Assembly: GCA_964016885.1 (NCBI GenBank)
Contig: CAXHJY010001289.1
Coordinates: forward strand, 23,388-87,387
Source: Eledone cirrhosa
Lineage: Eukaryota
Reading direction: 5' to 3'
Length of the DNA: 64,000 nucleotides
Of this stretch, positions 35,240 through 50,336 are shown one piece after another. Within the stretch, counting starts at the first letter, position 1. Every line of letters starts with the position of its first letter. Position numbers and translations under genes: made by a program. Below the pieces are notes generated by a model. It saw nothing but the letters and a program-made list of their open reading frames with translations. It was not told the DNA's origin and searched no databases.

Positions 35240-36357
35240 TATTGAGCACTTTTATTCGATATGTGTATTTCCACATTTTTTCGAATAGTTTTCGCGGATG
35301 TAGAGGTTATCTCCCTTGCCGAATTCCATGTGCGTATTTTGCCTGGGTCTTAGCCATCTTATCCGTTCGGACGAAAGCTCGTTGAAGAAGTAAATTTCCA
35401 GTCCGCTGAATTCTAGAAGTCTTATATATTTATATGTGAGCTGATAGAGTACAGTTTAAGGATTTACAGAAACCCAAGAACCTAGATTTAACACCTTTCT
35501 AGTGGGTCCGGGTATGATTTTACATTCATTTAAATTTATTAATTTATTGATATTTTTTATCTGATTGTCCTGAATCTTCTGTTATCGATTTTTTATCGTG
35601 CGGTTGATTTTAGACTTGTTCTATGTGTGACGGTATTTTAACGATAGTTATAGCTCTGATTTATCTGAATTATTGAGCCCTCTGCCGCTCATTTCGAATT
35701 TTGTTTATCGTGAACTCGTGCGCCGATTTTTCGATACTCGATCATTCTAATATTTTTAGCTCTGGACATAGCTATCCACCAGTTAATTTTATTGTTGATT
35801 TTTTGTCGATTCTATTGAGTGATGAATAGCTCCTGTTTTATTTTAACATGTCTATTGAGCACTTTTATTCGATATGTGTATTTCCACATTTTTTCGAATA
35901 GTTTTTGCGGATGTAGAGGTTATCTCCCTTGCCGAATTCCATGTGCATATTTTGCCTGGGTCTTAGCCATCTTATCCGTTCGGACGAAAGCTCGTTGAAG
36001 AAGTAAATTTCCAGTCCGCTGAATTCTAGAAGTCTTATATATTTATATGTGAGCTGATAGAGTACAGTTTAAGGATTTACAGAAACCCAAGAAGCTAGAT
36101 TTAACACCTTTCTAGTGGGTCCAGGTATGATTTTACATTCATTTAAATTTATTAATTTATTGATATTTTTTATCTGATTGTCCCGAATCTTCTGTTATCG
36201 ATTTTTTACCGTGCGGTTGATTTTAGACTTGTTCTATGTGTGACGGTATTTTAACGATAGTTATAGCTCTGATTTATCTGAATTATTGAGCCCTCTGCCG
36301 CTCATTTCGAATTTTGTTTATCGTGAACTCGTGCGCCGATTTTTCGATACTCGATCA

Positions 36358-36366
<9 letters not shown>
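35240..36366. repeat. Tandem duplication, 613-bp unit (about 1.8 copies, near-identical)
   Basis: tattgagcacttttattcg starts at 35240 and 35853; bounded by (TA)-type repeats. Confidence 0.92.
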
Positions 36367-36412
<46 letters not shown>

Positions 36413-36549
36413 GATATATATAAAGTATATATTTAAATAAATGTATATATATGTATATATGTGTGTATGTATGTGTGTGTGTTTGTGTATTAGTGTATTA
36501 TTCAGAATTTATGATAATAATATATTTTAAATTTATTAACGTCATTAAT

Positions 36550-36670
36550 TTAGCATGGTAAAACATTTCACTTCGCAATCGTTAGGTCCCAGGCTCGATC
36601 TCTCTACATGGCATCTTAGACAAGTGTCATTTATCATACTCGTGTGTTTATCCATGCTTTGTAAGTAAAA
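36550..36670 (+). mobile_element. Degenerate tRNA-derived SINE head (similar relics at ~42475-42595 +, ~44095-44237 -, ~39460-39600 -)
   Basis: A-box-like tagcatggtaa and B-box-like ggctcgatctc, then tagacaagtgtc. Confidence 0.4.
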
Positions 36671-39204
36671 CAGGATGGACTGCATCTCTTTGTGAGACCG
36701 TCGGATGGATTGTACTTGTAATTCAAAAGTCAACATTATTACGCTCAATACCCTGCAATGCAACATATATTCCATTAATAAAAAAAGAATTGTAATGCTC
36801 ATTGTTGAGAGTGAGGCGTGTTCATTTCATTCCATTAATCTGTCAGGAAAATTTAGCTCTAGTATTTATTAACACATTTCTTATAACATATATCTTTATG
36901 CCAGTTGTAGCCATATGTGATTTCATATTTTAAAATGTGTGTCTGGTTTTATTTATCATAGTTTATGTATCATGTGACAATGTATCTCGAGTATGTAATG
37001 GGGAATCTTTCATATAACTATACCTTAGCCTTCATATATTAAATTACTAAACATCTTTTGAGAAATATTTTCTTCGATTGGAATTCTTTACGAAAAATAT
37101 ATTCCCTAAATATATGTCTCTCTAATGAGGTATATTCAGGCTATTGTATTTAATAGTTAGGCGTAATACTAAAATATATAAGAGAGGAAAATAATACTAT
37201 TATATCTTTACCATGCGCCATCATTGAAATGGAAAGCATTTGTCTAATATTTGGTGAATTGAAAAGAAGAAATGGTTTCTCGAAGGTAGAGATATAGAGA
37301 TAAACAGAAGAGAGAGGGAGAGAGAGAGACGTAAAACAGCAGATTGTTATACATTTCTATCAGTCAAATAATATTCTGATGAGAATATCCCATCGAAAGT
37401 ATAGGATCTCCGTCAATTCCAGCGACGTTTACAGTTTGCTAGTGAACGTAACGTGCAAATAATCGACTATTTTATAGATAGGTGCAACTAAAGTGGAGTG
37501 GAGCAAGGTGAAATAGATATTTTGCTCAAGTACATGGGCTAACCTGTCTTTGAACCGAACTTTTACGATCTCAACCACATCAAAGAAATATTCCACAGAA
37601 AAATTATTGAACGTATCATATAAATAGGTTTTCGTCAGTAAGTGTTGGTTTTATTGGCTTGGTGAATTCGTTACGTCGTTAGAACGTCGCGGAAAGTTTC
37701 GTGTTATTTTCCTGACTCACACTCTCCTCATTCATCTACTGTTTTTCTCGCTCACTTTCCCACGCTCCCCCTTTTTTCCCCCTTTTCCCCGCTTTACCTC
37801 TTCTTCAAGCTATTATTTCTCCTCTCTCTTCTTCCACTTTCCCAATATTTCACACTCGTTCCTCCGCATCTTCTCTTTGTTCTCCTTGCTCGGGTTGCTC
37901 ACTGAGCTCTCTATACACACTATCCCCTCCTGCTCAACTTGCTCTCATCTTTGCTCTCCTTTCTCTCTTTTCCCTCCTTGCTCAATTTGTTTTCCTTTCT
38001 CTCCTTGCTCTCGTAGCTCCCTTTGCTCTTCTTACTTTCTCTCTCTTTTTGCGAGAAAGTAATAAGTGCTAGGAGTGTCTTGAGCAGATCAAAAAGAGAT
38101 AGGAGAGCAAGGAATGCATCGCAAGCAAGGAGGAGAACAAAGAGAGCTAGGACTGTAAGGAGAGAAGGGAGAGCCTGGAAAATAAGTATAGCAGGGAATA
38201 TTAGGAGAGGTAGAAAGCAGAGCAAGGAGAATTGACAGAGCAAAGAGAGTAATGACCTCAACACTGAGAGCAAGCGGAGCATGTCTCTATCTTTGCGAAA
38301 CCTCGTTCAAGACCATTATGCTTTAAATGCTTCTGTGATCAATAATTAAAATACCAATCTATTTCTGACATCGATCCGGCCATCTCCCTCTCTTTCTCTG
38401 TTCTGATTTTATTTCTCTGGAAGAAGTAGGTTGTATTTAGGCGTGGGACGAATAGTGTCCACCGTTTTTATACGCTCAAAACAGTGCCCCTGAATTAAAG
38501 GCCAATGTATACCCTGCAACTGAAAAACCGATGAATGTAATGCGTGGTATGTTATTTACATGCAGTAGTTTAAGTTAAATGTTAAATCTATATAAAATAT
38601 AAATGCTGCCGAGAACTGAACTCCTTATTCTGGTTGTAATTGTGGTTTTTGTCCACATAATCATATGAATGGTTTTGTAAAGGACTATTCTCTCTGCGTC
38701 TGAAACCAAAGTGGTCTACACAAATTGGAACGTTAATTGCCTCCGTGTAATTGTTATTTATCCATAGATGCTATTATGGATATCTGAATTCATGGAAAAT
38801 GCAAGTTGTCACGAGCTCGACGTTCATATAAACACTGCACATAACTATAGAGGAGATGATTTCAGGAGGCCGTTTCACAGATAGACTGTATATAAGGAAT
38901 GTAATCAGCGTAATTTACTTGAAACACATGCATAATATACTCAGAAACTTGACATATTGAAATAATGTTTAGAAGGAAGTGGATTGGACTGCCATCAATT
39001 TCGACGATATGTGTTCCAATTGACGATATGTGCGCCAGGCGACATTCTGCTAATGAAGTAAACGTCTAGGTGATTGAGCATTATACAAACGCGTGTATTC
39101 TTAATGTAATCATGAGGTAGATTCAGCGTGACAGAATGTATGTTGAATTGTATCATGTATTATAACTGTTTCTACATTTGGACCAAGGCTAGCAATTATC
39201 CCAA

Positions 39205-39350
39205 TGCATTACTGGAGCTTTATTTGATCAACCCCATAAAGATGAAAGGCAAAATTAACCTCAGCAGGGTTTGAACGTAGAAGGGCATAACTCTATGCTG
39301 CAAAGCATAGTGCCTGACACTCTGCCGATACGCTCTGTCAATCCACTGCC
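39205..39350 (-). mobile_element. Degenerate SINE (Nin-domain-like)
   Basis: tcaaccccataaagatgaaaggcaaaattaacctcagcagggtttgaac resembles a mollusc SINE central domain and B box (from memory). Confidence 0.5.
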
Positions 39351-40479
39351 CTCACCATGTGTTATAATGTAAGCTGATGAGAATTCCACAGATACCCACA
39401 TCTTTAATTTAATTCTTTCTTTCAGCGACATAGCTCGACCTACAAATTACATGTACCGCATCAAATGGGCTTTGAAACGGTTTCCATCTAATCAGTTTCA
39501 TTCATAAATTTGGGTTGTTCCGAGGAGATGTTGGATAAATGATATGTCAACAAGATATCACAGAGTTGGCTCGAAACCACAATTGCGAATCTAATTTCTT
39601 AATAATTTGTTTATGCTTTGTTTATATTTATAACAAATAGCGAGATATTTAAGGAAACTAATCCAAAAGTGTATGTGATACGTAAGATGAAGTGTAGATG
39701 AGATAGATCATTGCAAGCATGAAGGAGCGAAACAGAATCCTCTCCTCCCGCATGAATGAGCCCTTCAAATTGGACTAAATATTTCAGCACATATTCTTTG
39801 CAATCCTACAGGGTAAAGACCTTTCAATAATGTACATCAGCAGAGATTTTCTACTTCAGAAAGACAGAACCAGTGAATGAAAGAAGATAACAGACTTTCA
39901 TTGGTTGATTCATTCTCTCATCTTTAGACACTTCATACATAGCAATATATTGAAATATTTTCTCATATATATAAACATAAATTGGTATGTTATTTAAAAG
40001 ACTGTAGTTATTAATGTTAATTGGTAACGGAGTAGAATGTGACAAAGCAATAAACATTCAAGGATAATAAAGAATAAAATATACTTCCGACACGCCAAAT
40101 AATCTATCCTGTATTACATAACACAATCAACAAAATACCGATGCACACATCATTATTAACCGGAAGATACAACTATTACAAACCCGAACAACGAAAAACG
40201 TACACAAAATGCACAATACATTCAAAGAAAATTGTTTAAATCTTCTTTTTTTTAAATACTATTTAGCAGTGCTAAATTAGCAACAGTCAAAAAATGTTGT
40301 CACTCTCACTGCAAAACTTGCCTGAGACCTAATTGAAGATACGCGGCATGAATTTAAATAAAGACAAATATTTATTCTAGACATTCTTTTTACACAATCG
40401 TCAAAAACATAATATATTCTGTTAAACATAACGTTTATCATGTTCATCTGGCGGCCTCAGCCGTAATCAACTCAACAAT

Positions 40480-41650
40480 TATTACTGACTGCTTGTGGTC
40501 TCCAAAGCACTAGTGGGCATATAGCAGCAGAGGTGGTACGATGACAGTCACCAGCAAATCTCATTCTCCTTTTACGTACAACGAAAGATATGCAGACCGG
40601 CATATATTTCTTTCAAAGTCAGATGTCTTCAGTTTATGTTCTGAATGCGTCGAATGCGAGTGTAGGTGCCATCAAGGCGTTTTTGTTTGGGTGAAAGCGT
40701 CCACATTTCACTTCCCTATATTAAGATTAGTTGAATTGTTACTTGGGAGAGTGATTTTGGTGTGTTTGGAAAGATTTGAGCGCCAAACTCGAGTCATCTT
40801 GTTTTAAGCAGAACATGCTTGGGCTTTTCTGGTGGAAAAATCCTACACAGTTTCCAAGATCCAGGGTCCAAGATACTTAAAATACTCGACTTGCTTGATA
40901 TCACTGCTGTTAATTGCTTCGATCTTGTTAACTGTACTGTTTGATATGTACTATGTTTTACACTCGTTGAGATGAAAACCAACATGGGTGGCTGCTTCCT
41001 GGAGAGATGTCAAAGTTTGTTATGCATTTCCTAGGCAATCTGCAAGAAGCGCAATGTCATCCGCAAAACTAAGTTCAGTGAGATGTATAGCGGGGTGCCT
41101 AGAGCTCATGCAGAGTTTGATGGTTATACTTTTGTTATTGATTTTGTCGATTGAGAGTCTCAGATTGTAGTCTAGGGTGATGATAAAGAGAAATTGACCA
41201 AGTGTGTCACCCTCCAGCACTCCCGCTGAGATGTCAAATGACTCTGTTGGACCATAAGGGATGATTATAATGGCACTTGTGTTGCAATACAGAGCCCTAA
41301 TTGTTTCCACAAGTCTTGATGGGATGCCATATAAGGGTACAACTTCAAACAGAATGTCTCTGTTTATGCTGTCAAAGGCTTTCTAAAGTCAACAAACACT
41401 AGAGTCATTTGTCTGTTGGAGTTTCTCATCTCTTCCGCTCCTCATTTCAGGGATGAAATCTGTGTAAGTGTAGATATACCACTCCTAAAAAACATTTTTT
41501 CTTGTTACGAAGGTTCCGATCAACATATGGAACTATGCGGTTGAGGATTAACTTGTAGATCTTGGCAGCAATGGGCAAAAGTGGAATTCCCCGGTATTTT
41601 TTTTTGGGGGGGGGGGGGGGATAAGAGGTCACCTTTCTTTGGGAAATAAA
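40480..41650 (-). mobile_element. Degenerate RTE-type LINE RT region
   Basis: YRGIPLLPIAAKIYKLILNRI, GVLEGDTLGQFLFIITLDY, SFADDIALL. Confidence 0.8.
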
Positions 41651-41979
41651 ATATGCCTCGACAATAATATAAAATGATGGTGTATTAGTGTAAATCTTCT
41701 TATAGCCTCATATGCCTCAAAGACTAATCTTTTATTGCGGTATAGAATGAAAGAGGGAGAAGGGAAGACTGGAAGCTTCAAAGAGAGAATAAAAGGAAGG
41801 CAGTAGAGTGTAATATGACGTGGGGAATGTTAGATGGGAGAGACAGCAGGTGTTGTTAAGCAGCAATCAGCATATATATACATATATAAAAATAACGCTT
41901 GTATAAGGTGTTTGCGATGCTCCCTAACAGGTGTGTACACGTTGTTTAAGATGTTGCGTTTAAGGCAGTGAATAGTGTA

Positions 41980-42031
<52 letters not shown>

Positions 42032-42352
42032 CTCATACACAATCTATATTACCTTTAATGGATTTAGTATAGGACAATCTAATATTTAGGAAACACTAAT
42101 GAACTATGACCCACTTTTCTCTCACTTCATTTAATAATCATTCTTTCCTCTCTCCTAATTCGCTTCATTTCACTTATTTTGTGAAGTTGTGTGAAACATT
42201 GTGATATAGTTTACTTGTTTATCCTATTTGTCTTAGACTAAATTTGATAGAGATAGACACAGCCATCTCCACACCACCGGGATGTATAAAACATAATTGA
42301 CTTCGGGGATTTGATATAAAATATATATCTGTCCTACCCTCTCTCTCCTCTC

Positions 42353-42409
<57 letters not shown>

Positions 42410-42638
42410 CTGTATGTGTGTGTGTGTACGTTTCTGTGTGTGAGTGTGCATGTTTGTGTATGCACACACGTAGACATGGCTGTACGGTTAAGAATGTCCA
42501 TCTTCAACTATGCGGATACGTATGAACCCTAAAGGGCGTTCGATCTTGTGTAATCGTCTACTACTATAGTCTCTGAACCTTGGCGGAAGCCCATCCTCCA
42601 CACGCACACGCACGTAAATTCGCACGCACAAACACACG

Positions 42639-42724
<86 letters not shown>

Positions 42725-44999
42725 AGCAAGCAGGAGCAGTAGAATTAGCTACTGAAACAGTGGCAAAGAAACGAAATATAATAGGACACACTCGTCGGTT
42801 CAAGCTATAGGCTTTTACATTGTTGATATTACCTGCCAATCACAACTGTTTGCGGACGATCAACGTTAAATATTTTGTTTTACTTCAGAACACAACGAAC
42901 TGACCCTTCATGGTGTCATATCCCCGATATTATATACACTAGGTCACGTTTTTCTAGTTGTGCCAGCACCATTAATAGTGTGCTTCCTCTGCAAAAAACA
43001 AAGAAATAATAATAATAATGTTATACATTTTGGACAATCAACTCTTCTAATCTATAGCATTAGCAAGCTTACGTTAGTATGTAGGACGTAATTATTGGTG
43101 TGTATATGATATACTATATATATAACATTAGAATCATTATATATCTAAATGATCTCATAATTATATTGCATTAGCAACCAAATCAATCTAAATGACGGAA
43201 GTGTGTATGATGGAATTTCAGATGTGGGTATGATATAGTAAATATATAGCTTTAGGACCATTATATATCTAAATGATCTAGCAAATATATAGCATTAGCT
43301 ATATGACGTAAGCGTATATGACTGGTGTGGATATAATCCAATAAATCTCCAGCATTTATGAATCAGTCAGTTAGTCGCAAAATAATCATTGTGAAATAAA
43401 GTAATTTACTCAAGTCATAAAACAACGTGTATTCCAGGAATCGAACACACGACTATGGCAAGGTGAAACAGCAATCGGCATCAGAAATAATGTTATTTCC
43501 ATAAAAAAACAAATCTGCTATTAGATTTTGGACAACTAACATATCTAATATAAAGCAGTAGCCATAATAAATATCCCAAATGACATGTTTTAAGGTGGTG
43601 AATAAATAAGTAAAGAATGTATTTATATGGTGAATTCTTCTATAAGCAGAACCTCGTTCATATCAATAAAATATGTTCCCAAAACAAAGTATAGAAATGT
43701 CGTATTAGTAAAGAGCACAAGTGGAAGGAGAATAAGCTTGACATCAGTTTCCATGACAACATAGAAAACCATGGTGAATGATTGACATAGCAATGCCGAA
43801 ATGAAATGCTAAAACCTACAAAAATTGTACAATAAAAGCTACAAATATCACACTGATATTACGGTATTGTATATAAAATAGAAAACAATTTATGGAATGG
43901 ATCTCTGTCAGTTTTCACGATGAGTGTTTTAGTGGTTCGATCAACGGGACTGACTCTTCATGAAATTAATGAGTAAGTAGCTGAGTATTCTACTGACTCG
44001 TGTAAACTTGGGTAATTCTCCGTTAGATAAGGCGTGACTGAGTTATAAAGCTGCTCCATTGAATTACAGGTTCAATCTATTCGACAGACTTCCAAACAGT
44101 CTTAAGCTTCTCAATTTCACTCACATGGCTTGGGTCGACCTGAGGCTTGGTAATTGACACATTTCTAAGATACTACGCAGTGGAGTGTACTCTGGACTAA
44201 ATGTTTGCAGCGTGAACACTTTAACAATTCAGCCATACTGAGTCAACAGACAACGTTTACTGGAGTAAAGTGTAGTATATAAACATCCATTTCTATTAAA
44301 GTTGATGTTTCTGTAGTGTAAAATGTCTGACGTGATATAAAGTTGCTAGTAGAGAAATAAATAAAGAGAGCGAGAGAGAAATACAAGAGGAATAGAGTGA
44401 GGGAAACCAGGTTGAAAGAGTGTACGTTTGTGGGGGAGAGAGTTTATGGTGTTGTGGTGTGTGTGGTTATATCATGTTGCTCTCGTTATAGAAAGATGGT
44501 AAGTGTGTGCCTTTGTATGAGATAGGTAATGATGTTGTTGGTGGTGTTGTCCCTATGTCTTTATAGTAAGGCTGCCTGGGTGCGTAACCAATTTCTTTAA
44601 CAAAGCATGGATCGAGAAATTGCTATAGTAAATTCAACTTGCTTAAGATGTAAGGTACTCAGGATTGAAGCCTATACCAAATTATTGCAAAGCGAACTTT
44701 CCAATAACGTATGGTTGCTGTTAATCCACAATTGACAATGTCATGTGGATGTCTAGATATGATGAGTAATGTATCTATTTAACAAATTCATTCTTGCAAC
44801 ATTACGTGCAGGTATTTGTTCGGTTGTACATAGTTTAAAAGATCACTTTCATTCAAACTAAGTTTCCTCGTGGGATGGAAAGAAAATAAAGAAGAGATAC
44901 TTTACATGAAGTGGATAGGGGAAGAGAGGCGTTATTTGGAGAGAGAGGAGAAAAGAAGAAAGAGGGGTGCAAAAAGGGAGCATAGGTAACTGGCGATTT

Positions 45000-47900
45000 A
45001 GAATAATTATAATGGTTTGTTTATTATTCTCACAGGACTGATATAAAGAAAACATTAAATAGGACGAGAACAATGCAATGTTTGTTGTGTGTAAAATATG
45101 GTGTTAACACGAAAAACAACAGTGATATATAAAAACAGGCAAAATAATATTCTTCAATATGACGAACGACAGCCAATAGTCACTCGTGGAGAAAGCCCAC
45201 AGAGAGCCGTTACGCTCAGCGCTACGGTAAAACCCCTTCATAGTTTTCCTCCACCCATCTAAAGGTGCATACGTTGGGCAGGACAATTCAATTGGACTAT
45301 GATCGGCACTCTCGTCTATCTTTCAAGAAACTTGTTGGAAGACAGCAATTCCCTCTCCATCTAGATTTTCATCTTCCCTTGTACCTTGAAAAAACTGACC
45401 ACGTTCACCATAGCCATGAAGTAGATAAAAAGAACCTGTCCTTCCTAATGTAAGGAAGATAGCGAGCCTACCATAACAATGTCCCACCTGCAGTAGAAAT
45501 CCCCAGAAATAACCAATATTCCTGGAATAAACGAATGCGTGTAGGACGGTTTCTTTACCTTGTGTGTCTCTCTGGTCGTCTCATCTGACAGTATTTCCGA
45601 GCCTGTAGAGATTATTTTTGAACCTACAATGCCCTTTGTTTAGCAATGTTAGGCCAAGGATTTCTGGAAGATATCCATGGCTCTCAGCTTAAATTTCTCT
45701 AGAAGAGAGAGGTTTGATAGTCATCTTCGACACTTATAGTCTTCATAAGAAAGTCAATGCTTTTCCAGGTGCTTAACCAATTTAGAGCCTCCAACTTGAT
45801 TTAATTGAAGAATGTCAGCGCATAAAAACATTTTATTTGCCAAGCAGTACCTCTTGCTCTTTGCTTGATCCAAGACTGCTAAGGAAACATGACGCTAGTG
45901 TTCACCGTCAAGGAATCACTGGAGATGTCATTGCCTCAGTATTTGCATGGATCGCTTCATTTCTATAAAGAAAAACGAAATAGTAGGAGCACCATTGGGT
46001 AGAGACGTGGACTAGGACAAACCCTGACAGTACGTCGGTAGATGATGACAAAGTTGATGTGTGAATTCGACCCCTCCATCTGAAATTCCAGATTTCGCTT
46101 CATCTTGGCCCATTTCTGTGTGAGAGAGTCCACTCTTTTTGATGATTCGACCCAATAATTGTTCATCTGGATGTCTGTAAGATACATGTCTCAGATCAAT
46201 TTAAGTGATTCGTTCATCCAGCGTCCGACATCGCTGTGGACGGCTGAGACTTACGCATACACCTGCCGAGTCGCAAGCTCTCCGACGTTTCCTGGTTAAT
46301 TTATTCACTCGTCACCGCCATTTAATTATTTAGAGTAGTGTTGATCACCTCGATATGCTCGGATCTTTACATCAATAAGGCGACATCGTTAGCATATTTC
46401 GACACGGGTCTCCCGCAACTTATTTCATCTGGGATACCTTTTAACTTCTCCAATTTGTGCAGCAGTGGCTAAAGTCAGTATAGAGAACAGTGAAAAATGG
46501 AACAAAGGGAGGATCAAGTAGATGATATTGAAAGGTTCTGATAGGGGACCGTTATTTCTGACCACCAAGCAATATGTTCCTTTACATTGCAGTAATCCAT
46601 TCACTGAAATCAAGTCTGAAACCGGATGCCATGAGGAAAGCCACCTTGTACCGTTGACCTAAGTATATATTTTGCTTCTGGGCGGGCTTATCCCTACCAA
46701 GTTCATTTCTGGTTATAGGAAGATGGTACCTATCATTAGATGTACATCTTGTCGAAACAACACACCGATTCTGTTTCCAGATACCGAACAACTGGTAGAT
46801 GTGCACACCCGATAGCAAACCAAACTGGAGGTGAAGTCTCATAACACATACATTTTGATATAATTGTTAAAAACCACCACTCTACAGGCACCACTTTCAC
46901 TATTGCCCAAGTCCAGGACCACCAATTTACCCTCTGGTTTCCGGAAGATTGACCTTACCTTGAGATCCAAGAATTTCCTAAAAAGCACTGCCATCCCACT
47001 TCCCATTCCCGGCCGAATAAAAGATGCGAACATCTGATATCTGATATTTGTTCGGTAATCCTGGTCTGGCTGACGGCATTTACATCTCTATATAGTGGTC
47101 TGAGGTCGTTCAAATGGTGGCCCTGCGTCCAGGATGATACCATCATAATATTTAGATGGCCATGTTGGCAGGGTATATCCAAGAGTAAATGTTTACTTAT
47201 CCCTCAGGGGCTTGTGGAGGTCAGGTTGTTCAACCTGCATGGCTGGTGGGGTTCTCGCTGCGAACCTTTTTAAAGTGTAGATATGGGTTCCACATTGGGG
47301 GTTCCCACGTCCCAAGGGAAGTTCTCTCTAATCCCATTGTAGGAGTCGAACTTCACTGGCGTACGAAATGTGACCGTTCCAAATATCTCCTCCTGCTTTT
47401 CTATTTCTTGCCGTAGTGTTATCAGGGTCATCAAATTCTTGCTGGCCCTTCCAACTAGCACGAGGTTGTGCGTCTTGTTTTGTTGGGAGATTGTGATGGT
47501 AGTATTGGTGTTATTGTGGAAGTGTATCTTGTGACCGTGGTGTATGCGGTTTCAGTTATTTGTGTGTATTTTCGTGACGAGAAGAAATTGGAGAGATTTC
47601 ATCATTAACCCTCAGGGTGGCCAAATTTGGTCATGGTTTTTCCACTGGTGTTGCTGCTGTGTTGTTGCCGGTTCGTGCCTGTCCTGTTGTTCGTTGTTGT
47701 CCCGGCCCCGGCGTCATCAGCAGTGGAGAAAATTCGATTCCTTGCATTTTTCAGCTGAGGGCAAAGTACTCGCAAGTGACTTTTTTCTCCGCAGACGAAA
47801 CAATGCGGCCCTCTGCCTTGAAACATTATTTGCAGTACCGTCCCGTTTTGGAGACATGTGGTCCGAGAATTTTTCTATAGGTCTTTAGGCCTGATTTGGT

Positions 47901-49035
47901 GACATATCTTCAAATTAATCCCGTACCAGTCCTCCCTGGCTGTTCTAAAACTGCTATCGGGATGACATCTGTCCCCTATACAACCACGCATCCCAGAAGC
48001 TACCGCAAGTCTATTCTTGATAGAATACTTGGAATGCAGACGCTAATTGTTCTTCTCCCTATGTGTGAAGTGTACGTGATGAACCTTCTGGTTATGCAAG
48101 GGGTCACTGAATGTTTCACAGCGAGGGCATCTGACATAAACAGTACCGGAAAAGTTGCCGTATTATCTGTCCCTCGCTTTGATTTCTGCCTGGGGAGCGA
48201 TGGTCGCTTTTTTGTCTCCAATGAAATTCATCTAAAGACCACAGTTCTCCCTTCTACTACTTCTAAGGCTTCTGTCATGACGGTTAATTTAGCCTAGGTT
48301 TTCTCTTGTTTAATGAGTTTCCATCCCAGAGCTAACATTCTCTTTATCTGACGAACGCACATGCTAAAGCATGACCTTTTTAACTGCTACAGCAGCGAAA
48401 TAATTCTTTTTATCTGCATTGATGTTGCCGGTACTGTTTCTAGTCACATTACTGTTGGTGATGTTGATGATATTGATGCAGTTCACATTGTGGTTGGTGA
48501 TGCTTTGATGCTTTCACTTTGATGCTTTTGTTGTTGGTGTTGTTTATGTCGCTGTCGGTGTCTGTGTTGTTCTTGGTGCAGTTGTTATTGTTGTTTCCTT
48601 TGTCGCAGTTGGTGTTGATATTGTTGTATATTATGTCTTTGTTGTTGGTAGAGCAGTTGGTGCTGTTGGTGATGTTGTTGAGGTAATGCTAACTTAACTT
48701 TTGCATGTTGTGTTTGAAATTAATTTTTCTGTCTCCATATTTGTTCTTGCATTGTCTCCACATTTGCGTCGCTATCCCGAGACGGCAGACATAATGTTAG
48801 GGGTGAGGGGTGGGGTTCAGGTCTCGTCCATTTTTCTTTGGAGGAAAATAAATACATTTCAAATAAATAGGCTCAGAGGCCCAAATATTATCTGGTCACC
48901 TTTTCACAGGGTAAAGACGGGTGTCTTATGACACCTTTGTTACAAAATATACAACAATTAGTTAAATGCAAACACTTGAAAATTAACCAACTCACGAGTC
49001 TCAGAAAAACACGTCGTCACAGTCCGACAAGCAGT
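45000..49035 (-). mobile_element. Old, decayed Tx1-clade element related to the array family
   Basis: ORF1 knuckle CFVCGEKSHLRVLC and TYTSHIGRRT; ORF2 start ccaacATGGC at 47163, HLNDLR, GMAVLFRK, PEGKLVVLD, LTQKWA. Confidence 0.8.
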
Positions 49036-49991
49036 AATGAAAAAATAATAATATTGATAATAATAATAAAGAAAACAGAATTCAAAATTTGATCGTGATA
49101 TATTTTGCTTAATGACATTTGCCAGGAAGACAATTTAGTGGTTACTGAAATATGCATTGAATGTGCAATGAATGTGCAACAGTGTTTCCGGTCTTTACAA
49201 TTGTCAACATAAAATCAGGGCGTAATTCTATCCTCGCTGAAATTCGTTCTAAAGTACGTCATTCAGCTGAGAGAGATTTCACAATGACCCCGTTAGTACG
49301 TGGACATACACAGATACACCCACACAAACACACGCCCACACACACGAACAAACAAATAAACAAATAAATTTTATTTTTTCTGTGTATTTTTTTTCTCTCT
49401 CCAATCTTCTTACGTTGTCTATATCTTCTGGACAATCAGCCAGTAAGGGAATATTAAATGTATGTAGCTTTTTCTATTTGTAGAGTTTGTGGTAAAAACT
49501 ACCTTTCCGAAGCTGGAATTCAATCTCGCATAAGAACACAAATTAGTGTACTTTCTACGGACTACAGTACATTGGAACCAGTTCACACTTATCGTGTCAC
49601 ATATGCAACAAGATCTACAAACCTCAAGGATGATTAAAGAGATATTTCAAAATTCATCTAGATCAGACACCAAGCTGCGCTGAAACTAAAGTACAATCTA
49701 TGTGGATTCTTATTAAAAGTACGGCTGGTGTTAAATGCCACATAAGCTCTCTTGCCAGAACTTAGCATCATGTGCACTGAAGAGGTCTATCTTTGTATTG
49801 AGCAGAATAGAAATATATATATATATATATATGTGTGTGTGGGGGGGGGGGGTGAGAGGGTGTGTGAGTGCGTGTCTGTTAGTGTGTGTGTGTATGTGTA
49901 CAAAATCAAGTTTAAGATACTCAACACACATACAAGTTGCAGTAAAATCGGAAATTCAATATTCCTCTGATTCCAGTGTTCTCTCTCTCTC

Positions 49992-50071
<80 letters not shown>

Positions 50072-50075
50072 CTCT

Positions 50076-50115
<40 letters not shown>

Positions 50116-50205
50116 AACAGAAGTAACAAAACAATTAGTAGAGTATGTGGAAGGTTTATAATAAGTTAACGCTTGAAACAGCAGGGTCAGGCTGCTGTTG
50201 TTAGA

Positions 50206-50256
<51 letters not shown>

Positions 50257-50336
50257 CATAAGGGATATTTAATTTTTTGGTAATATATATATATGTTTAT
50301 AGCTGATTCGAAGCACTCGACAGCTGTCTGGATTAT

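Noticed and set aside
37371-37410. CTGATGAG...CGAAAG hammerhead-like spacing (also CTGATGAG at 39374)
   Set aside because: No convincing helix I/III or NUH triplet
39650-40060. Higher-complexity segment that might be a host exon
   Set aside because: No sustained reading frame or recognisable motif
50172-50202. GAAACAGCAG-loop-CTGCTGTT helix III-like hairpin
   Set aside because: No recognisable upstream CUGANGA or helix I
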